Shown here: positions 1 through 12,915 of the stretch, one piece after another
How the letters are laid out: the number at the start of each line of letters is the position of its first letter
Position numbering within the stretch: the stretch's first letter is position 1
Assembly (NCBI GenBank): GCA_951406725.2
Contig: CATOCA020000008.1
Coordinates: forward strand, 78,072 to 142,071
DNA: 64,000 nucleotides
Direction: 5' to 3'
Source: Octopus vulgaris
Taxonomy: Eukaryota
Notes under the pieces: generated by a model
Seen by the model: the letters and a program-made list of their open reading frames with translations, nothing else
Database searches by the model: none
Told to the model about the DNA's origin: nothing
Position numbers and translations under genes: made by a program

Positions 1-1236
1 ATAAAGGTGGAGGTAGAGCAGATGCTAAAAAGTACAGGCTTATTTCTCTGACTTCACACATCAGCAGAGTCATCGAACTAATAGTCGGAAAACTTGGAGA
101 GTGGATACACGACTTTCTAAAAGATAGACGTCAGGTAGTGGTGACCAATGGAGCCACTACAAAGGAAGCACAAATAGCAAGCGGTGTTCCACAGGGAACT
201 GTTTTAGGGCCGCTACTATTTATTGTGGCTCTCTCAGACATGCCTTCAGCTGCTCAGATAGCTACGCAGATGACATAAAAGTCTCTCAAACAATTCGGAA
301 CACTGGAAATATTGCGCATGTACAAGGGAACGCAAGATACAGGTAAGCTGAGGACAACAACATTCAGTTTAATGCAGGGAAATTCCAAGCGTTGCGCTGC
401 CAGCACGCAAAGTTGAACGACATGCAGACAGGAGACTCTGTCCAGGGAGGAATTGTAACCCCCGATTCAAAATCAGTGCGTGACGTGAGCATTGACATGA
501 ACAAGGCATCATTCCAGGTGCAGATTATTAATTTTGCTATAAAATACAGATGGCTAGCTAAATGGATCCTCCGAACATTCAGAACGAGAGGAAAGGAAAC
601 TATGATGATCCTATGGAGGACGCATGTCATCAGCCGCTTGGACTACTGCTCCCAACTATGGTCACCGCACAATAAAAAATCCACAGCGGAACTCGAAGCA
701 ATCCAACGAAGCTACACTAAGAAAATCGTCTCAATGCGACGTATCAGCTCCTGGGAAAGGCTGAAAGAGTTAAGACTCTTTCCCTGGAATGAAGGCGGGA
801 GAGATATGCAGTTGGAAGATCCTGGAAGGCCTTGTACCAAACGTTGGCATTGAAAGTTACACAAATAGCAGAACGGGGTGCCACTGCAGAGTGCTAAAGA
901 TCCTAGCATCGCCATCAAAATACAGGACCAGATATTGTAACAGCTTCGGTTTCAAGGACCCAAAGCTCTTCAATATCCTTCCAAAATTCCCGAGAAACTT
1001 GCACAGTATGGATGTAGGTACCTTCAAAACAAAACTGGATCTCTTCCTGTTACGGGTTCCAGACGAACCTACCCCACGACAGGAAACACAGATGAGGGCA
1101 GCAGCATCAAACTCTCTCATTCCCAGAATGCCACATGTCAGAAGAGGTTTCAAATACTGAAGGAGTAGCACAGTTAACAGTGGTGCTCCAGCATGACAAC
1201 AACTTTACACCTGAAACAAGCTAAAGAGTTAGAGTT
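1..1236 (+). mobile_element. Degenerate CR1-group LINE, RT domain and 3' end (runs off window start)
   Basis: Remnant RT motifs YRLISLTSH, SGVPQGTVLGPLLF (~180-222) and YADD (~264-275); C-terminal SRLDYCSQLWSPH..LEAIQRSYTKKI and VPDEPT; many frameshifts; tail GGTGCTCCAGCATG..CTGAAACAAG. Confidence 0.85.
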
Positions 1237-1258
1237 TATCCATACAGACAGACATCCC

Positions 1259-1295
<37 letters not shown>

Positions 1296-1299
<4 letters not shown>

Positions 1300-3330
1300 C
1301 CTTAAATCTTTAAAAATGTTTTAGCCCGAAGGCCGCGGCCATGCTGGGTCACCACCGCTGAGTGAGTTACACTAATATGTGAATCCACCTCTGATACGTG
1401 GCACTTGATCAACAAGGGAGCTCGATGCTGCTGCCCGCATCTGCGTCACCTGTCGTGAGGTAGGTTCATCTGGAACTCCCGACAAGAAGAGATTCAGTTT
1501 AGTTTTAAAGAAACCCACATCCACACCATGTAAGTCTCTTAGGCATTTAGGGAGGATGTTAAAGAGCTGTGGTCCTCTGAAACCCAAGCTGTTGTAGTAT
1601 CTGGTCCTGTATTTTGATGGTGATTTTGGAATCTTTGGCACCATGCAGTGGCGCCCCGTTCTGCGGTTGGGGTAACTTTGAATGCCAAAGTTTGGGACAA
1701 GACCCTCCAGGATTTTCCAGATGTATATCACCGCATATCTCTCCCGCCTCAGCTCTAGGGAGAAGAGGTTTAATACTTTCAGTCTTTCCCAGTAGCTGAT
1801 ATTTTGCATTGAGACGATCTTCTTTGTGTAGCTTCTTTGAATTGCTTCGAGTTCTGCTGTTAGTTTTATATTGTGTGGTGACCATAGTTGGGAGCAGTAG
1901 TCCAAGCGACTCTGCCTGTGCCTGCTGATGGTGTGTCATCCCTGGGAGCATTGCCCTCCAGGCCATTCCACATTGGGGAAGTTAAAGACACCCATGAAGA
2001 ATACACTGCCGTGTTGTTCAAGGTTGGTGAGGACTTCTTCTATTTTTGTTAGGCAGTCTTCAAACACGCCTGGGTGATTTGGGGCATCTGGTGGGCGATA
2101 TGTAGTGCATATGACGATATTCAGTTGTCTTATGTGTACAATTTGAGTGTCACACACTGAATTTGAGTATGACAACAGGACTTGGGGCGTGAGGTCATCT
2201 CGGATGTACATTGCAACTCAAACATGGCTCCTCCACTTTCTATCTGAGCGTATGACTGCATATTGCGGTATGTGTATTTCTGCATCCCCTATATCGGGTC
2301 CAAGATGCGTTTCTGTGAGTGCCATGCATATAGCTTGATTGCATGTCACAAGGTCTCTCAGGAATGAGATTTTCCTTTTACAGTTGCCGCGCAGCAGCCC
2401 TCCTACGTTCAGTAGAAATATTTTTGAGGTATGTGTGTTGGTGTTGGTGTCAGTGGAGGCCATCCTGCATCTGTTGGTGTCAGTGGAGGCCATCCTGCCT
2501 TATGTGGTGGTAGTTCCAGCTTTGTGTTTGTAGCCAGGTCAGCTGCTGAACAATTTTTTGTGCCACGCACAAAAAAGATTGCTATTCAGCTGCTGCCCTT
2601 CTCACATCTGGATGAAGCTGGCCATTTCTTGGGCTACCGCGCACTACATCCGCATATCGTCTTTCAGGAGTGGTCAGTGCGCCCTTTTTCCTTCTTTTAT
2701 ATTTTTCTTTATCTTTTTGTTCTCCCCGAGGGAGGGATTTTTGTCTTGTGTCCATGCAGTTTTGGTAGGGCTTCTGATGTGTAAAGCGACAGTTCGCACC
2801 TTCGACGCCGTACCAGCAGTCCCCCTTCAGGTAGAATTTGCAGATGTTTCTGCCTTTTCCCTTATAGTTCTTGCTGGGGTTCTTTTGTTTTTTGTGAACA
2901 GGGTTTGTTTTAGCTTTAATTTTCTTGTCTTTTACCTCCTGTTTCCCATCAGTTTTAGGGTGTTTTTCTTTTTTTGCGGTCATCGCACCTCTTTGGTCTC
3001 CAGTTGTGTCATTGTTTCCCTTTGTTCTAGGTTCCTCGGTTTTGTCTTTTGTTGGGTCCTGGATGTTTTCTTTATCCTTTTGGCCTTCACTGATGCAGTC
3101 ACCTCCTAGGATGATGTCCAGAGTGTCTACGTGTCGCCTGATTAGAGCGTATGACCGGAGAAATTCTCGTTTTTTTCGCTGTATCTGGGCGGTGGTCCTT
3201 GAAAAATTATTGCTCTTCAACGCCGCTGCAATGATATTGTTCGGTGAGTCGCCCTCTGCAATCTTCCAGGCGCGGATGAACAGTTGCAACTCTCTCGCAG
3301 ACAAGTTTCTTGACATTTTCGCCCGAGATA
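1296..3330 (-). mobile_element. Internally deleted CR1-group LINE: ORF1 + APE N-terminus joined to RT C-terminus and 3' tail
   Basis: ORF1 2582-3316; APE motifs IFLLNVGGL, ALTETHL, IRSDR, YRPP, MGVFNFP (1936-2440); abrupt jump near 1910 to SRLDYCSQLWSPH (1372-1905); tail CAGCATGGCCGCGGCCTTCGGGCTAAAAC. Confidence 0.85.
2582..3316 (-). CDS. LINE ORF1 protein (244 aa) with CCCH-type zinc finger and possible Myb/SANT-like N-terminus
   Basis: Open frame directly upstream of the APE remnant; CKFYLKGDCWYGVEGANCRFTH; N-terminal IAAALKSNNFSRTTAQIQRKK. Confidence 0.6.
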   Translation of the reverse strand: MSRNLSARELQLFIRAWKIAEGDSPNNIIAAALKSNNFSRTTAQIQRKKREFLRSYALIRRHVDTLDIILGGDCISEGQKDKENIQDPTKDKTEEPRTKGNNDTTGDQRGAMTAKKEKHPKTDGKQEVKDKKIKAKTNPVHKKQKNPSKNYKGKGRNICKFYLKGDCWYGVEGANCRFTHQKPYQNCMDTRQKSLPRGEQKDKEKYKRRKKGALTTPERRYADVVRGSPRNGQLHPDVRRAAAE

Positions 3331-3354
3331 CAGTGAGAGTGAAATTTACGAACA

Positions 3355-4050
3355 GAGAGAGAGAGAGGAAAGATAGGATGGTTGACCTGAGAGGGAGAGG
3401 AGAAAGGAGAAAAGCCAGGGGGGATAGAGAGAGAGAGAGAGATGAGGGGGTTGTCCTGAGAGAAGAGAGAAAGAAAGAATGAATGGCAGGTCAGCAGAGG
3501 GAGAGTGAGCGGGATAGGGGTATAGTAAAGAGAAAGTAAAGGGACAGGGAGGAAAAGAGAGACAAGAGGATGGACCTTAGGGGGAGCAGGGAGAAGAAGG
3601 GGAGAGGAAAAAATGGAGAGGGAGAGAGAGGGCGGGATAGAGGTACCCGAGAGTGAAGTAAAGGGACAGCGAGGGTGGTGTGGGGGAAGGAGACAGAGAG
3701 AGGAAAAAGAGACAAGGGGTGAACCTTAGAGGGAGCAGGGAGAGGAAAAGTAGGAAGAAAAAGGGGAGAGGGAAAGAGGGGGCGCGACAGAGGTGCAAGA
3801 GAGTGTAGTAAAGGGACAGGGAGGGTGGTGTATAGAAAGAAATAAGGGGACAGGAGAAGAGGGAAAGGGGTTTGACTTGTGAAGGAGCGGAGAGAAGAGA
3901 GGCAGAGAGAGGGAGGAAGAGTAACAGAGAAAGAGAAAAAGAGAGAGGGCGGGATATAGATACAAGAGAGAAAGAGTGAAGTAGAGGAACTGAGAGGGGG
4001 TGAGATGTGAGAAAGTTGATCTGAGAGAGAGTTGCAGAAAGAGAAAAGAT

Positions 4051-4104
<54 letters not shown>
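3355..4104. repeat. Polypurine (GA-rich) low-complexity tract with imperfect internal duplications, ending in (GA)n
   Basis: Recurring GTAAAGGGACAG / AAAAGAGACAAG..GACCTTAG blocks; pure (GA)n at ~4054-4104. Confidence 0.7.
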
Positions 4105-4108
<4 letters not shown>

Positions 4109-4852
4109 ACCACGGACGAATCAATATACAAGTCTATAAACAAACAAGTGTTAAAGATGAAATTGGGTGTATTTTTTATATCTTTTATATCTATAATCGC
4201 GATTATATCTATGTATTATCAGGCGATCTTAGAACCGATCGTCGATTATTAATAATAATAAATAATGTTTTTGATTGTTTTTTGTTTCTGTTTTTTTTTT
4301 TCTATCTTCTGGTTGAGAGAAACACTAATAATAAATATTCTTCTTACCTTTCACTCCGTTTTATAAGAAAGAAAGATAAAATGACAGACCTTCGAATTTT
4401 CTGTATTCTTTATTTGTATTTTGTAAACAAAAGAAAAGAATAGAGTTCTTCGATGTATTTTGTAAACAAAAGAAAAGAATAGAATTCCGATGTTCGTATA
4501 TGCAAAAAGTTTCAATATTTTCTTAAGCAATTTGGTATTAGGCAGCAAATTTTCAAATCATGCAGATACACGACACCAAAAGCGAAAATATACTTCTCAA
4601 AAATACAGTGTCTTGTCGTTGCTTCACAGACAAAAATTCACTTAGACTTCAGGAAGTAACACACGTGGTTTCAACACATGTGCTCGCTAGGTATGTATGT
4701 ACGCGAGGTATGTTCTAGTCGCAAATACTATATCAAAAGCGAAAATATTCTTCTCAAATACAGTGTCTTGTCGTACTTTCACTTATTTTTGCTTTACAGA
4801 CAAATTTCAACACACGTCTTGTTACTTCGGCGCCATCTTGTAACATTATATA

Positions 4853-4910
<58 letters not shown>

Positions 4911-4912
<2 letters not shown>

Positions 4913-5028
4913 ATAGTGTTTTTCAGATGGCCAGATAATCGAAGAGATGGTGTTGTGGATTTCCACTTCGGCATCTGAAACTCAGAGTTTTATCTTGACT
5001 ATTGAGTAATTGTAACATATTATTTTAC

Positions 5029-5032
<4 letters not shown>
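4911..5032 (+). repeat. Partial copy (loop + right arm) of the foldback element at 20809-21030
   Basis: GAAGAGATGGTGTTGTGGATTTCCACTTCGGCATCTGAAAC..GAGTTTTATC matches ~20905-21027. Confidence 0.75.
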
Positions 5033-5098
<66 letters not shown>

Positions 5099-5341
5099 AT
5101 GCATAAACACTTACCTACCTACCTACCTACCTACCTACCTACCTACCTACCTACCTACCTGCCTATCTATCTATCTATCTATCTATCTAATATAATGCTT
5201 ACACGGGTTATTCACTGCAATCAGTTTTAAAGATGAGAACGTCTTTGGACCAGAAACACCGTCAACAATCTCGCCATCACCCCCACCTTGATATTCTCCT
5301 GTGGCATCAGTACCACCATTACCACTACCATTACCACTACC

Positions 5342-5373
<32 letters not shown>

Positions 5374-5693
5374 CAACAACACTATCATCACTACTGTCAC
5401 CACAATCGCCACCACCACCGTACCCTATTACCCGCCGGCACTATTATTAACTTCTGTAATCAATAACAGATCATGCCAAACAAAACTAATTAGATGAACT
5501 CAGTGATCCATCATCGATAGTCAGAAATCTATCAAGTTGCTTTGTGTATCTCATTTCTTTATGATTGATTCTTAAGACATCTACTTTACGCTTCTGAGCT
5601 GCCCCTCTTTCTCTCTCCTACTCTCTCACTCTCTCTCTAGCTGTCTGTCTATCTGTCTACCCTCTCTCTATTCATTTATCTCTTTATCTAATC

Positions 5694-5766
<73 letters not shown>

Positions 5767-5767
5767 C

Positions 5768-5863
<96 letters not shown>

Positions 5864-5881
5864 ATCTATCTAACTAACTAA

Positions 5882-5932
<51 letters not shown>

Positions 5933-5993
5933 CTTCTCTCTCTCTTTCTCGCTCTCTCTCTCTCTTTCTCTCTCTTTCTCGCTCTCTCTCTTT

Positions 5994-6037
<44 letters not shown>

Positions 6038-6058
6038 ACTCTCTCTCACTCTCTCTCC
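5030..6058. repeat. Compound microsatellite block: (TA)n, (CCTA)n, (TATC)n, (ACC/AAC)n, (CT)n
   Basis: Directly visible. Confidence 0.95.
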
Positions 6059-6079
6059 CCCTCTCTTAACGTCAACAGG

Positions 6080-6760
6080 AAAACTGAAGTCCCCAAGGCC
6101 AAGAATGGCGATCAATATAGTAAAAATCTAGAATGTGTGGAATTTGGGATGGACCAGTGCCACACATTGTTGCAGGATGCCCCAAGTTAGCTCAGTGAGA
6201 ATATAGGAAATGGTGGCATGATCAAGTTGTGAAAGTTTTGCACTGGAAGCCTTGTCAGAAATGGAGAATTGAAGCTGGAAGTACTTGGTATAATCATCGG
6301 GTTGAGAGGGTGCTTGGGTCGAAGAAATGTAAAATTTTATGGTATTTTTCTATTCAAACGGACCAGAAGCTAAAAGAAACAATAAACCAGACATAACAAT
6401 AATAGAAAAGGTGAAGTTGCTTACTGTTTGATCCATCGTGTCCGTTTGATCCCATGATTGCAAAGAAAGAAAATGAGAAACTAAAAAAACACATTTAAAT
6501 TTTGAAATTGCAAAAATTTGGAATATGAAAATTGTAAAGGTTGTACCTTTAATAATTGGTGCAGTGGTAACTGTAAGTAAAGATATAGACAAATAGTTGA
6601 AGGAAATCGGAATAGAATCTCCTGTAGAGCTTCTACAGTGAGTTTGCTTCTTAGGGACACGAAAAATTATCAGGAAGGTTTTGAGCACTTGAAAAACTAC
6701 TGAAAACTTATGGATATCTAAGGTTACAAATAGTTACCCGCAACCCACATAAATTCACAC
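6080..6760 (+). mobile_element. Degenerate R4/Dong-like (RLE-type) non-LTR retrotransposon 3' fragment
   Basis: Remnant frames HIVAGCPKLAQ*EYRKWWHDQVVKVLHW, KPDI, and KVVPLIIGAV..LGTRKIIRKVL. Confidence 0.7.
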
Positions 6761-6930
6761 ATCTGAGACGAGTTGAATAATAACATTGTGTGTGTATATT
6801 TATACCGACAGGCATACACATACACACATAAACACACATATATATGTAATGGGTGTGCGTGTGTGTGTGTGTGTGTGTGTGCGTGTGTGTGTATGTGTGT
6901 GTGTGTGTATGTGTGTGTGTGTGTGTGTGC

Positions 6931-6983
<53 letters not shown>

Positions 6984-7553
6984 TAATGCTGTTACATTCG
7001 CCAGGATTAATTCAGCTGATGAAATTCTGCGCGATTTCTGTAGGAAATAGTTTAATGAAAAGTTATGTTGCATTTCATTTCTGAATATATTGTTATTTGA
7101 GTGGGTCTGAATAGATACACACATATACAGGTTTACATTTACATTCCATGTACGCATCCACACACACACGCACACACACACACACACACACAAACATATA
7201 GACACACACTTCCACACACACACACGCACATACACACATATATACATACATACATACATACACACACATACACACACATACAGGCACATATATATAATAG
7301 AAATATTTATATTTCCAATTCTCTCTAAAGGAGACTACGGCAGCGGTACTGGATATTAATAGTTATCGCCAAGCTAATATGGCAGTCCAGAAAAATAGGA
7401 CGAATGCGGCCGTTCATTAGCTCCAAGAGGCATGTATGTATAGGCAGGCACACACCTACCCACACATGCACAAACACAGACTCATACATTCACACACGCA
7501 CGCACACACGCACAAACACGCACGCGCACAAACATACACACACCTCTCACATA

Positions 7554-7776
7554 TACGAAGGGGTGCTGAAAAGCTCCTGGCTTTGAGTAAAAGAAAATAC
7601 TGGAGAATCTGTTAATTATGATTTTATTCAACATATTCCTTTCTCAGATTCACACACTTGTGGCAGTGGTCCTTCAGTTTTTCTAAGCCCTGTAAAAGAA
7701 CTCGGAAGGTTGGGCCTCCAACTAGGCCTTTCGTGACACCTTGAAAGCCAGGAACTTTTCTGCACTCCCTCGTCTA
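7554..7776. mobile_element. Mariner-derived MITE (~220 bp)
   Basis: Imperfect ~30-bp TIRs TACGAAGGGGTGCTGAAAAGCTCCTGGCTTT / AAAGCCAGGAACTTTTCTGCACTCCCTCGTC; partial second copy at 12463-12550. Confidence 0.8.
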
Positions 7777-8344
7777 TGCACATGAAAACACATATAGATA
7801 GAAACCCCACCTTCATACACGCACATATTCACAAACATTCCCCGAGTTGATTCTGAAAAAAATAATTTCTTAAAAAATGTTCTTATTATTTGTATGAAAC
7901 ATTGAAGAGGTCGTGTTTTTAGACTATAATTGACCAATTTTTCATTCCAGAATGAGCCTATCCTATCACAGACTCAACATACAAATTATATGCTAATAAG
8001 TGACAAATTAAATCATATATTCACACATAAATATTCAACAAACATTTAAATTAATAGTGGGTTGGGTTACACACACAAAAGAAAAAAATGAAAGAGACGA
8101 ATATATTAATTTTATAAGCAACAAAAGTTTACTGTGAATATTGCGTTTTCTTTCTGACAGGTTGTGTGTATGTCTTATCGTTTGCTGGGTGAAATAATGT
8201 GACGCAGTCCCAATATACCCTCTTTCAAAGATCGGTAAAATAATAAACGCGGAGTACAGTCACACTGAAGATAAAAGAAAATGTTCAAGGATTAAGGGTA
8301 CCAGGGCTCTTATACGTACAGACACACAATCCCAATAATAATAT

Positions 8345-8860
8345 AGTCTTCCTAAACCAAACAAAACGTTACGAGAATTGAGTCAGCCCAAAGAGCTTTC
8401 ACTAAATAAAATTAAGGTGGTGTCAGATTTTGATTACTGGGAGCACCTTAAAACAAAGTCTTTATTTCCTCCTCCGCTCTACATCATGTGTACAATGTGG
8501 AGAATGTACCACCTGTATTACCCATAAGACCTTAACAATAGATTCAGAACTCATTTAAGGCTGGGGTCATGTGCCATACATCCCCTATTCAATCCAGGCT
8601 CACAATACATATATTCACTGCCACACATTTTCTTTTCCTCACCCGGTCACAAGTCAAAGAAGAAAAAGATCCCCTCACTTTCAAACGAAACCGGGACAAT
8701 TTTCTTCAAGGGATACCAGATAAGCCACCTATCCCTAGATACATCTCAATCAACAACTCCCTGGTTGAATGGGCCATGACACTACAAAACTTCGCTTAAA
8801 AATGATGGTGCTATTATGGCCTGCGCTAATCTCTGACCGAAAAATATCTAAGTTCTCTAA
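8345..8860 (+). mobile_element. Decayed CR1-group LINE 3' fragment (second family)
   Basis: RIESAQRAF, DFDYWEHLK, FLQGIPDKPP..NNSLVEW; homologous to 15065-15525. Confidence 0.65.
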
Positions 8861-8878
8861 GTCATGAACACACACACA

Positions 8879-8912
<34 letters not shown>

Positions 8913-9386
8913 TACACACGGACGCATATAAGTATATATGTATGTGTATATATATATCTATGTACGCACACACGCTTGCGCAACATGAATTGAAAGAACG
9001 AGAAAATTCGTGTTTCAGATATTTCACTGCAATTGTTTCAGTAACCAATGATCAATAATTGATAATCGATTCAGATTAAATCAGCCACCAACAACATATT
9101 CAGATACGTATTTCAAAATCTAATCTGCAAATATGATTGGTGATTGATTTCATATGTATTAGTAATCGATTATCGATTATAGAAACGATTGTAGTAAAAT
9201 ATCTGTTATACCAACGATTTGATTTATTTCCTGATTGCTCTTTTACACATTTTGGTCCCTTAATCCATATTGATGCTCCAGTGGTAGCATTACACCCTTG
9301 TGCGAGTGGAATGTAGATATAATTCAACCTCCAGATTTCTACGGTAAATTGGTAAGCATTTAGCACATATACGTGTGTGTGTGTAC

Positions 9387-9458
<72 letters not shown>

Positions 9459-9469
9459 GAGTGTATTTT

Positions 9470-10835
9470 TACCTTGTTAACAATTAACACGGAAAAATAA
9501 ATAAATAGTTACCAGGGCAGCAAAAATCTCACAAGTAAAGGTGTTGTAACTCCTTGTTTATAAAGGTATAAACTTCGTGTTTACGTTGAATATTTGAATA
9601 ATATGAATAAAAAATGGAGTTAACGCAGGTGTAAACAAATATTTTTACTTTCGACACGTTTCGAAAATTCCACTGATACTATTCAAAAGAATAAATGGTA
9701 TAAACAATGCAATCTTCTCTTCGGGAAAGTGAAAAAAACGAAACTCGTCAATACGACATTTTAGCAAAAAATGATGGATTTGTATAGCGATAGACAGAAC
9801 GCTATTAATATTGTTTAAAAAAACCTTATATGATATAACGTCATAAGTAGCTAACAGAAAGAGTAGGGATATTAATAGTGAATGTTAAATATAAAGGAAA
9901 TTAAAGTTTAAATTATATATAATGATAGAGACTACTTATATGCACTAAATGTATGTTTTTGCCAATGCTTACATCTTATATCTTCTCATAATAACAAACT
10001 GTTAAATATTAATACATTTACTAATACTAACATTAATTTAGCTAATACCATCCAACCCTCTAGAAATATTAATAACAAGGTTATTGTATCTGAAGTCAAT
10101 TCCAATAGAATTAAATTTATGTCAAGTAACTCTAAGATTAAAAATTCTATATACCAGTGTATAATCAATACTCATATTAAAGTACGATTTTACATTGGAA
10201 GCACATCGTTAGAGTTATCTAAAAGAATTTCTATCCATTACTCAACATTTAGGGATAGAAATAAACGGAATAGTACCGGTCTCAGCAAACTGATTTGGGA
10301 TTTAAAAGACCACAATGAACAATTTCATTTAGAATGGTTGATCCTCTCAATTTCGATACCATATGACAAAGGCAAGAAATTCTGTCTTCTCTGCAATTCT
10401 GAGCTATTCTTCATTATTTTTTCTAAAAATACTCTAGTAAACACGGTTATAGAACGAGCATACAGATGTAAGCATTGGCAGAAACATACATTTAGTGCAT
10501 ATAAGTAGTCTCTATCATTATATATAATTTAAACTTTAATTTCCTTTATATTTAACATTCACTATTAATATCCCTACTCTTTCTGTTAGCTACTTATGAC
10601 GTTATATCATATAAGGTTTTTTTTAAACAATATTAATAGCGTTCTGTCTATCGCTATACAAATCCATCATTTTTTGCTAAAATGTCGTATTGACGAGTTT
10701 CGTTTTTTTCACTTTCCCGAAGAGAAGATTGCATTGTTTATACCATTTATTCTTTTGAATAGTATCAGTGGAATTTTCGAAACATGTGCCGAAAGTAAAA
10801 ATATTTGTTTACACCTGCGTTAACTCCATTTTTTA

Positions 10836-10842
<7 letters not shown>
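9470..10842 (+). mobile_element. 5'-truncated Penelope-like element with inverted terminal repeat
   Basis: GIY-YIG ORF 10119-10508; 9601-9976 is the near-perfect reverse complement of ~10464-10842; flanked by (TA)n. Confidence 0.85.
10119..10508 (+). pseudogene. Penelope-type GIY-YIG endonuclease fragment
   Basis: IYQC..FYIGST..RISIH..STGLSKLIWDLK..CLLCNSE..RCKH. Confidence 0.85.
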
Positions 10843-10886
<44 letters not shown>

Positions 10887-12462
10887 CATACATGTACACA
10901 TGCGCGCGCACACACACACAACTTATACAAGTTAGGTTTGGATCATCATGTAACCAAGACCATGCATAATTTTATGTTTGGCAGACTGTAGGCGGTCATG
11001 TCACTTGCTAGAAATAGACACGAAATTTGCTTGAATTCACACCACCACCACTACCACCACATACACTGTAATCATTATCATCATCATCAACTAGTGAGTT
11101 TTAGCCATTAATGGCAGTTGGAATCTTGCATTTGAAAGATTTTGACAGACAGCAACATATGGAACCCCACTCCTTTTTATTTGAGGGGGACAGGAGCAAG
11201 TGAAGACTATAAACAGCTGAATCTCTTGCTGGCACCAAGGCTCGAAGCTAAATTCCTTGATTTCTGAATCAACAAATCACAAAAAGAAAGGACGATTATG
11301 ACACAAGTCGATAGAAAACGATGTTATCAATGATCCAAGAAGCTCCTAAACAGTACACCAAACCAATTGAAGCGCCTAGATTTTGGACATTGAATGACCA
11401 TTTCTATTGGTCTGCAATGACCGCTTGCCAGCAGACAGAATTAACCGATTGATTAGTGTCACTGGAAGATAAATGCATTGGTGACTCACTGACTGCGTGT
11501 TCTTATAGGCTTTCTGAAATTTTTAAGGACAACTAACCTGGGAAACTCACAGGAGAATTTATACAATGAAGCACAAATTTTAGGTAATAAAATATGTTGG
11601 AAGCAAGAATCCACAGGAATGCAGGCCTGTCCAGTTTGTATTAAACCTATAAACTGTATATCACAGTATGAGAATAAATTCTATCAAAGTTGTAAACATA
11701 TTCTTCTTTGGCTGAACGGGAGTCATTCAAGGGAAATTATCTGGAGTGTAAATAAACATCACAAATGTGATGCAGAATGGTTAAATGAGGTACGGAGTGA
11801 ATAAGGGGTAAACAACTTAAAATCTCGGAAGAGTACCTCTTGTAATAGTTGTCTTAAAACTATTGGATGTGAGTGATTTGATGATAATCAGGCACTGGAA
11901 GCTACTGTTTTGTGTATAAGAACTCACGAACTTGTTGAAGAAATAAAGGAAATTGAGTTTATTGCGACAGACAGGTTGGTAGTTAACATCCACCTTTTCT
12001 GGCTTGGAACCAGAAGATTCATATGGAGAAAAACTAAAGATCATAGCGGAAATCAATGACCTATTGCTTAGCAAACCAGAATAAAGAAGGGCCTCTGCGA
12101 CTTGCCGAACAACTTCTGATCAACAAAAGTATCGTTAAGACAGCAAAGTTGTATGGCCGATGAAAATATGATGAAACTATAAGAAAGCGTTTCATGGATG
12201 TCTGAGGTTTTGACTGCTTTAGTTGATGCCTTTAAAAGACTCGTCTAACCTACTGCCACTAAGACTGCAATTTTGACAAAGAGAATCAGGTTATTCGAGG
12301 GTAACAGCTTGCTTGTTCAACCGTCCGTCCTGGTAATGAATCCTCCTTGGTTAGCTCTGGTGATAACTTGGAGAGAGGAGAGAGGCAGTAATCATATAAG
12401 TAGAAAGTTATGCACCCAACCTGCAGGTGAGAGGATCCCATATTGCATGAAAGAGCAACTTA

Positions 12463-12550
12463 CCCTGTAAAAGAACTCGGAAAATTTGGCCTCCAACCAG
12501 GCCTTTCGCGATCCCCCTTAAAGCCAGAAACTTTTCAGCAACCCTTCGTA
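12463..12550. mobile_element. Half copy of the mariner-derived MITE at 7554-7776
   Basis: CCCTGTAAAAGAACTCGGAA..AAAGCCAGAAACTTTTCAGCAACCCTTCGTA. Confidence 0.75.
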
Positions 12551-12647
12551 TGTTTTCTGTATTTTTAAAATAAGGTCGGGTCCCTTGGTAGACACATGTT
12601 TAGTTCTCGTTTCATGTAGTGTTGCAAGTGAAAAGATCGAATATGTG

Positions 12648-12910
12648 CCGGCGTGGCTGAGTGGTCAAGTCGTTTGCTTCATAAACATGTAGTTTTTGGT
12701 TGAATACTACAAACCAGCAATTTGGGTAGGGGTTTCCTATTAAGGCCCCTGGTCGATGAATATTTTGAGAATGATGATGGTAAATGGAAATCTGTCACGT
12801 GTATGTGCATGCGTGTGAGTGTCTTTGTGTTTATCTTTCACCGTTTGACGACCGATGTTGGTTTGTTTACCTTTCGGGAACTTAGTGACGTAGCAAAAAG
12901 TGTCTGATAA
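12648..12910 (+). mobile_element. Degenerate tRNA-derived SINE
   Basis: GGCGTGGCTGAGTGGTCAAG head; body TTGACGACCGATGTTGGTTTGTTTAC..AACTTAG..GCAAAAAG as in the SINEs at 20034, 22399 and 57730. Confidence 0.65.
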
Positions 12911-12915
12911 ATGCA

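Noticed and set aside
4390-4800. Short direct repeats (TGTATTTTGTAAACAAAAGAAAAGAATAGA x2; AAGCGAAAATA..TACAGTGTCTTGTCGT x2) as a CRISPR-like array
   Set aside because: Only two copies each, no regular spacers, eukaryotic context.
5227-5497. Poly-His/Gln/Thr/Asn ORFs
   Set aside because: Translations of ACC/AAC microsatellites.
6708-7328. Cys/Val- and His/Thr-rich ORFs (and similar YVCM/IYIY ORFs throughout)
   Set aside because: Dinucleotide and tetranucleotide repeat translations.
11100-12460. Possible old retroelement remnant (HHKCDAEWLNEVRSE)
   Set aside because: Too degenerate to assign by eye.
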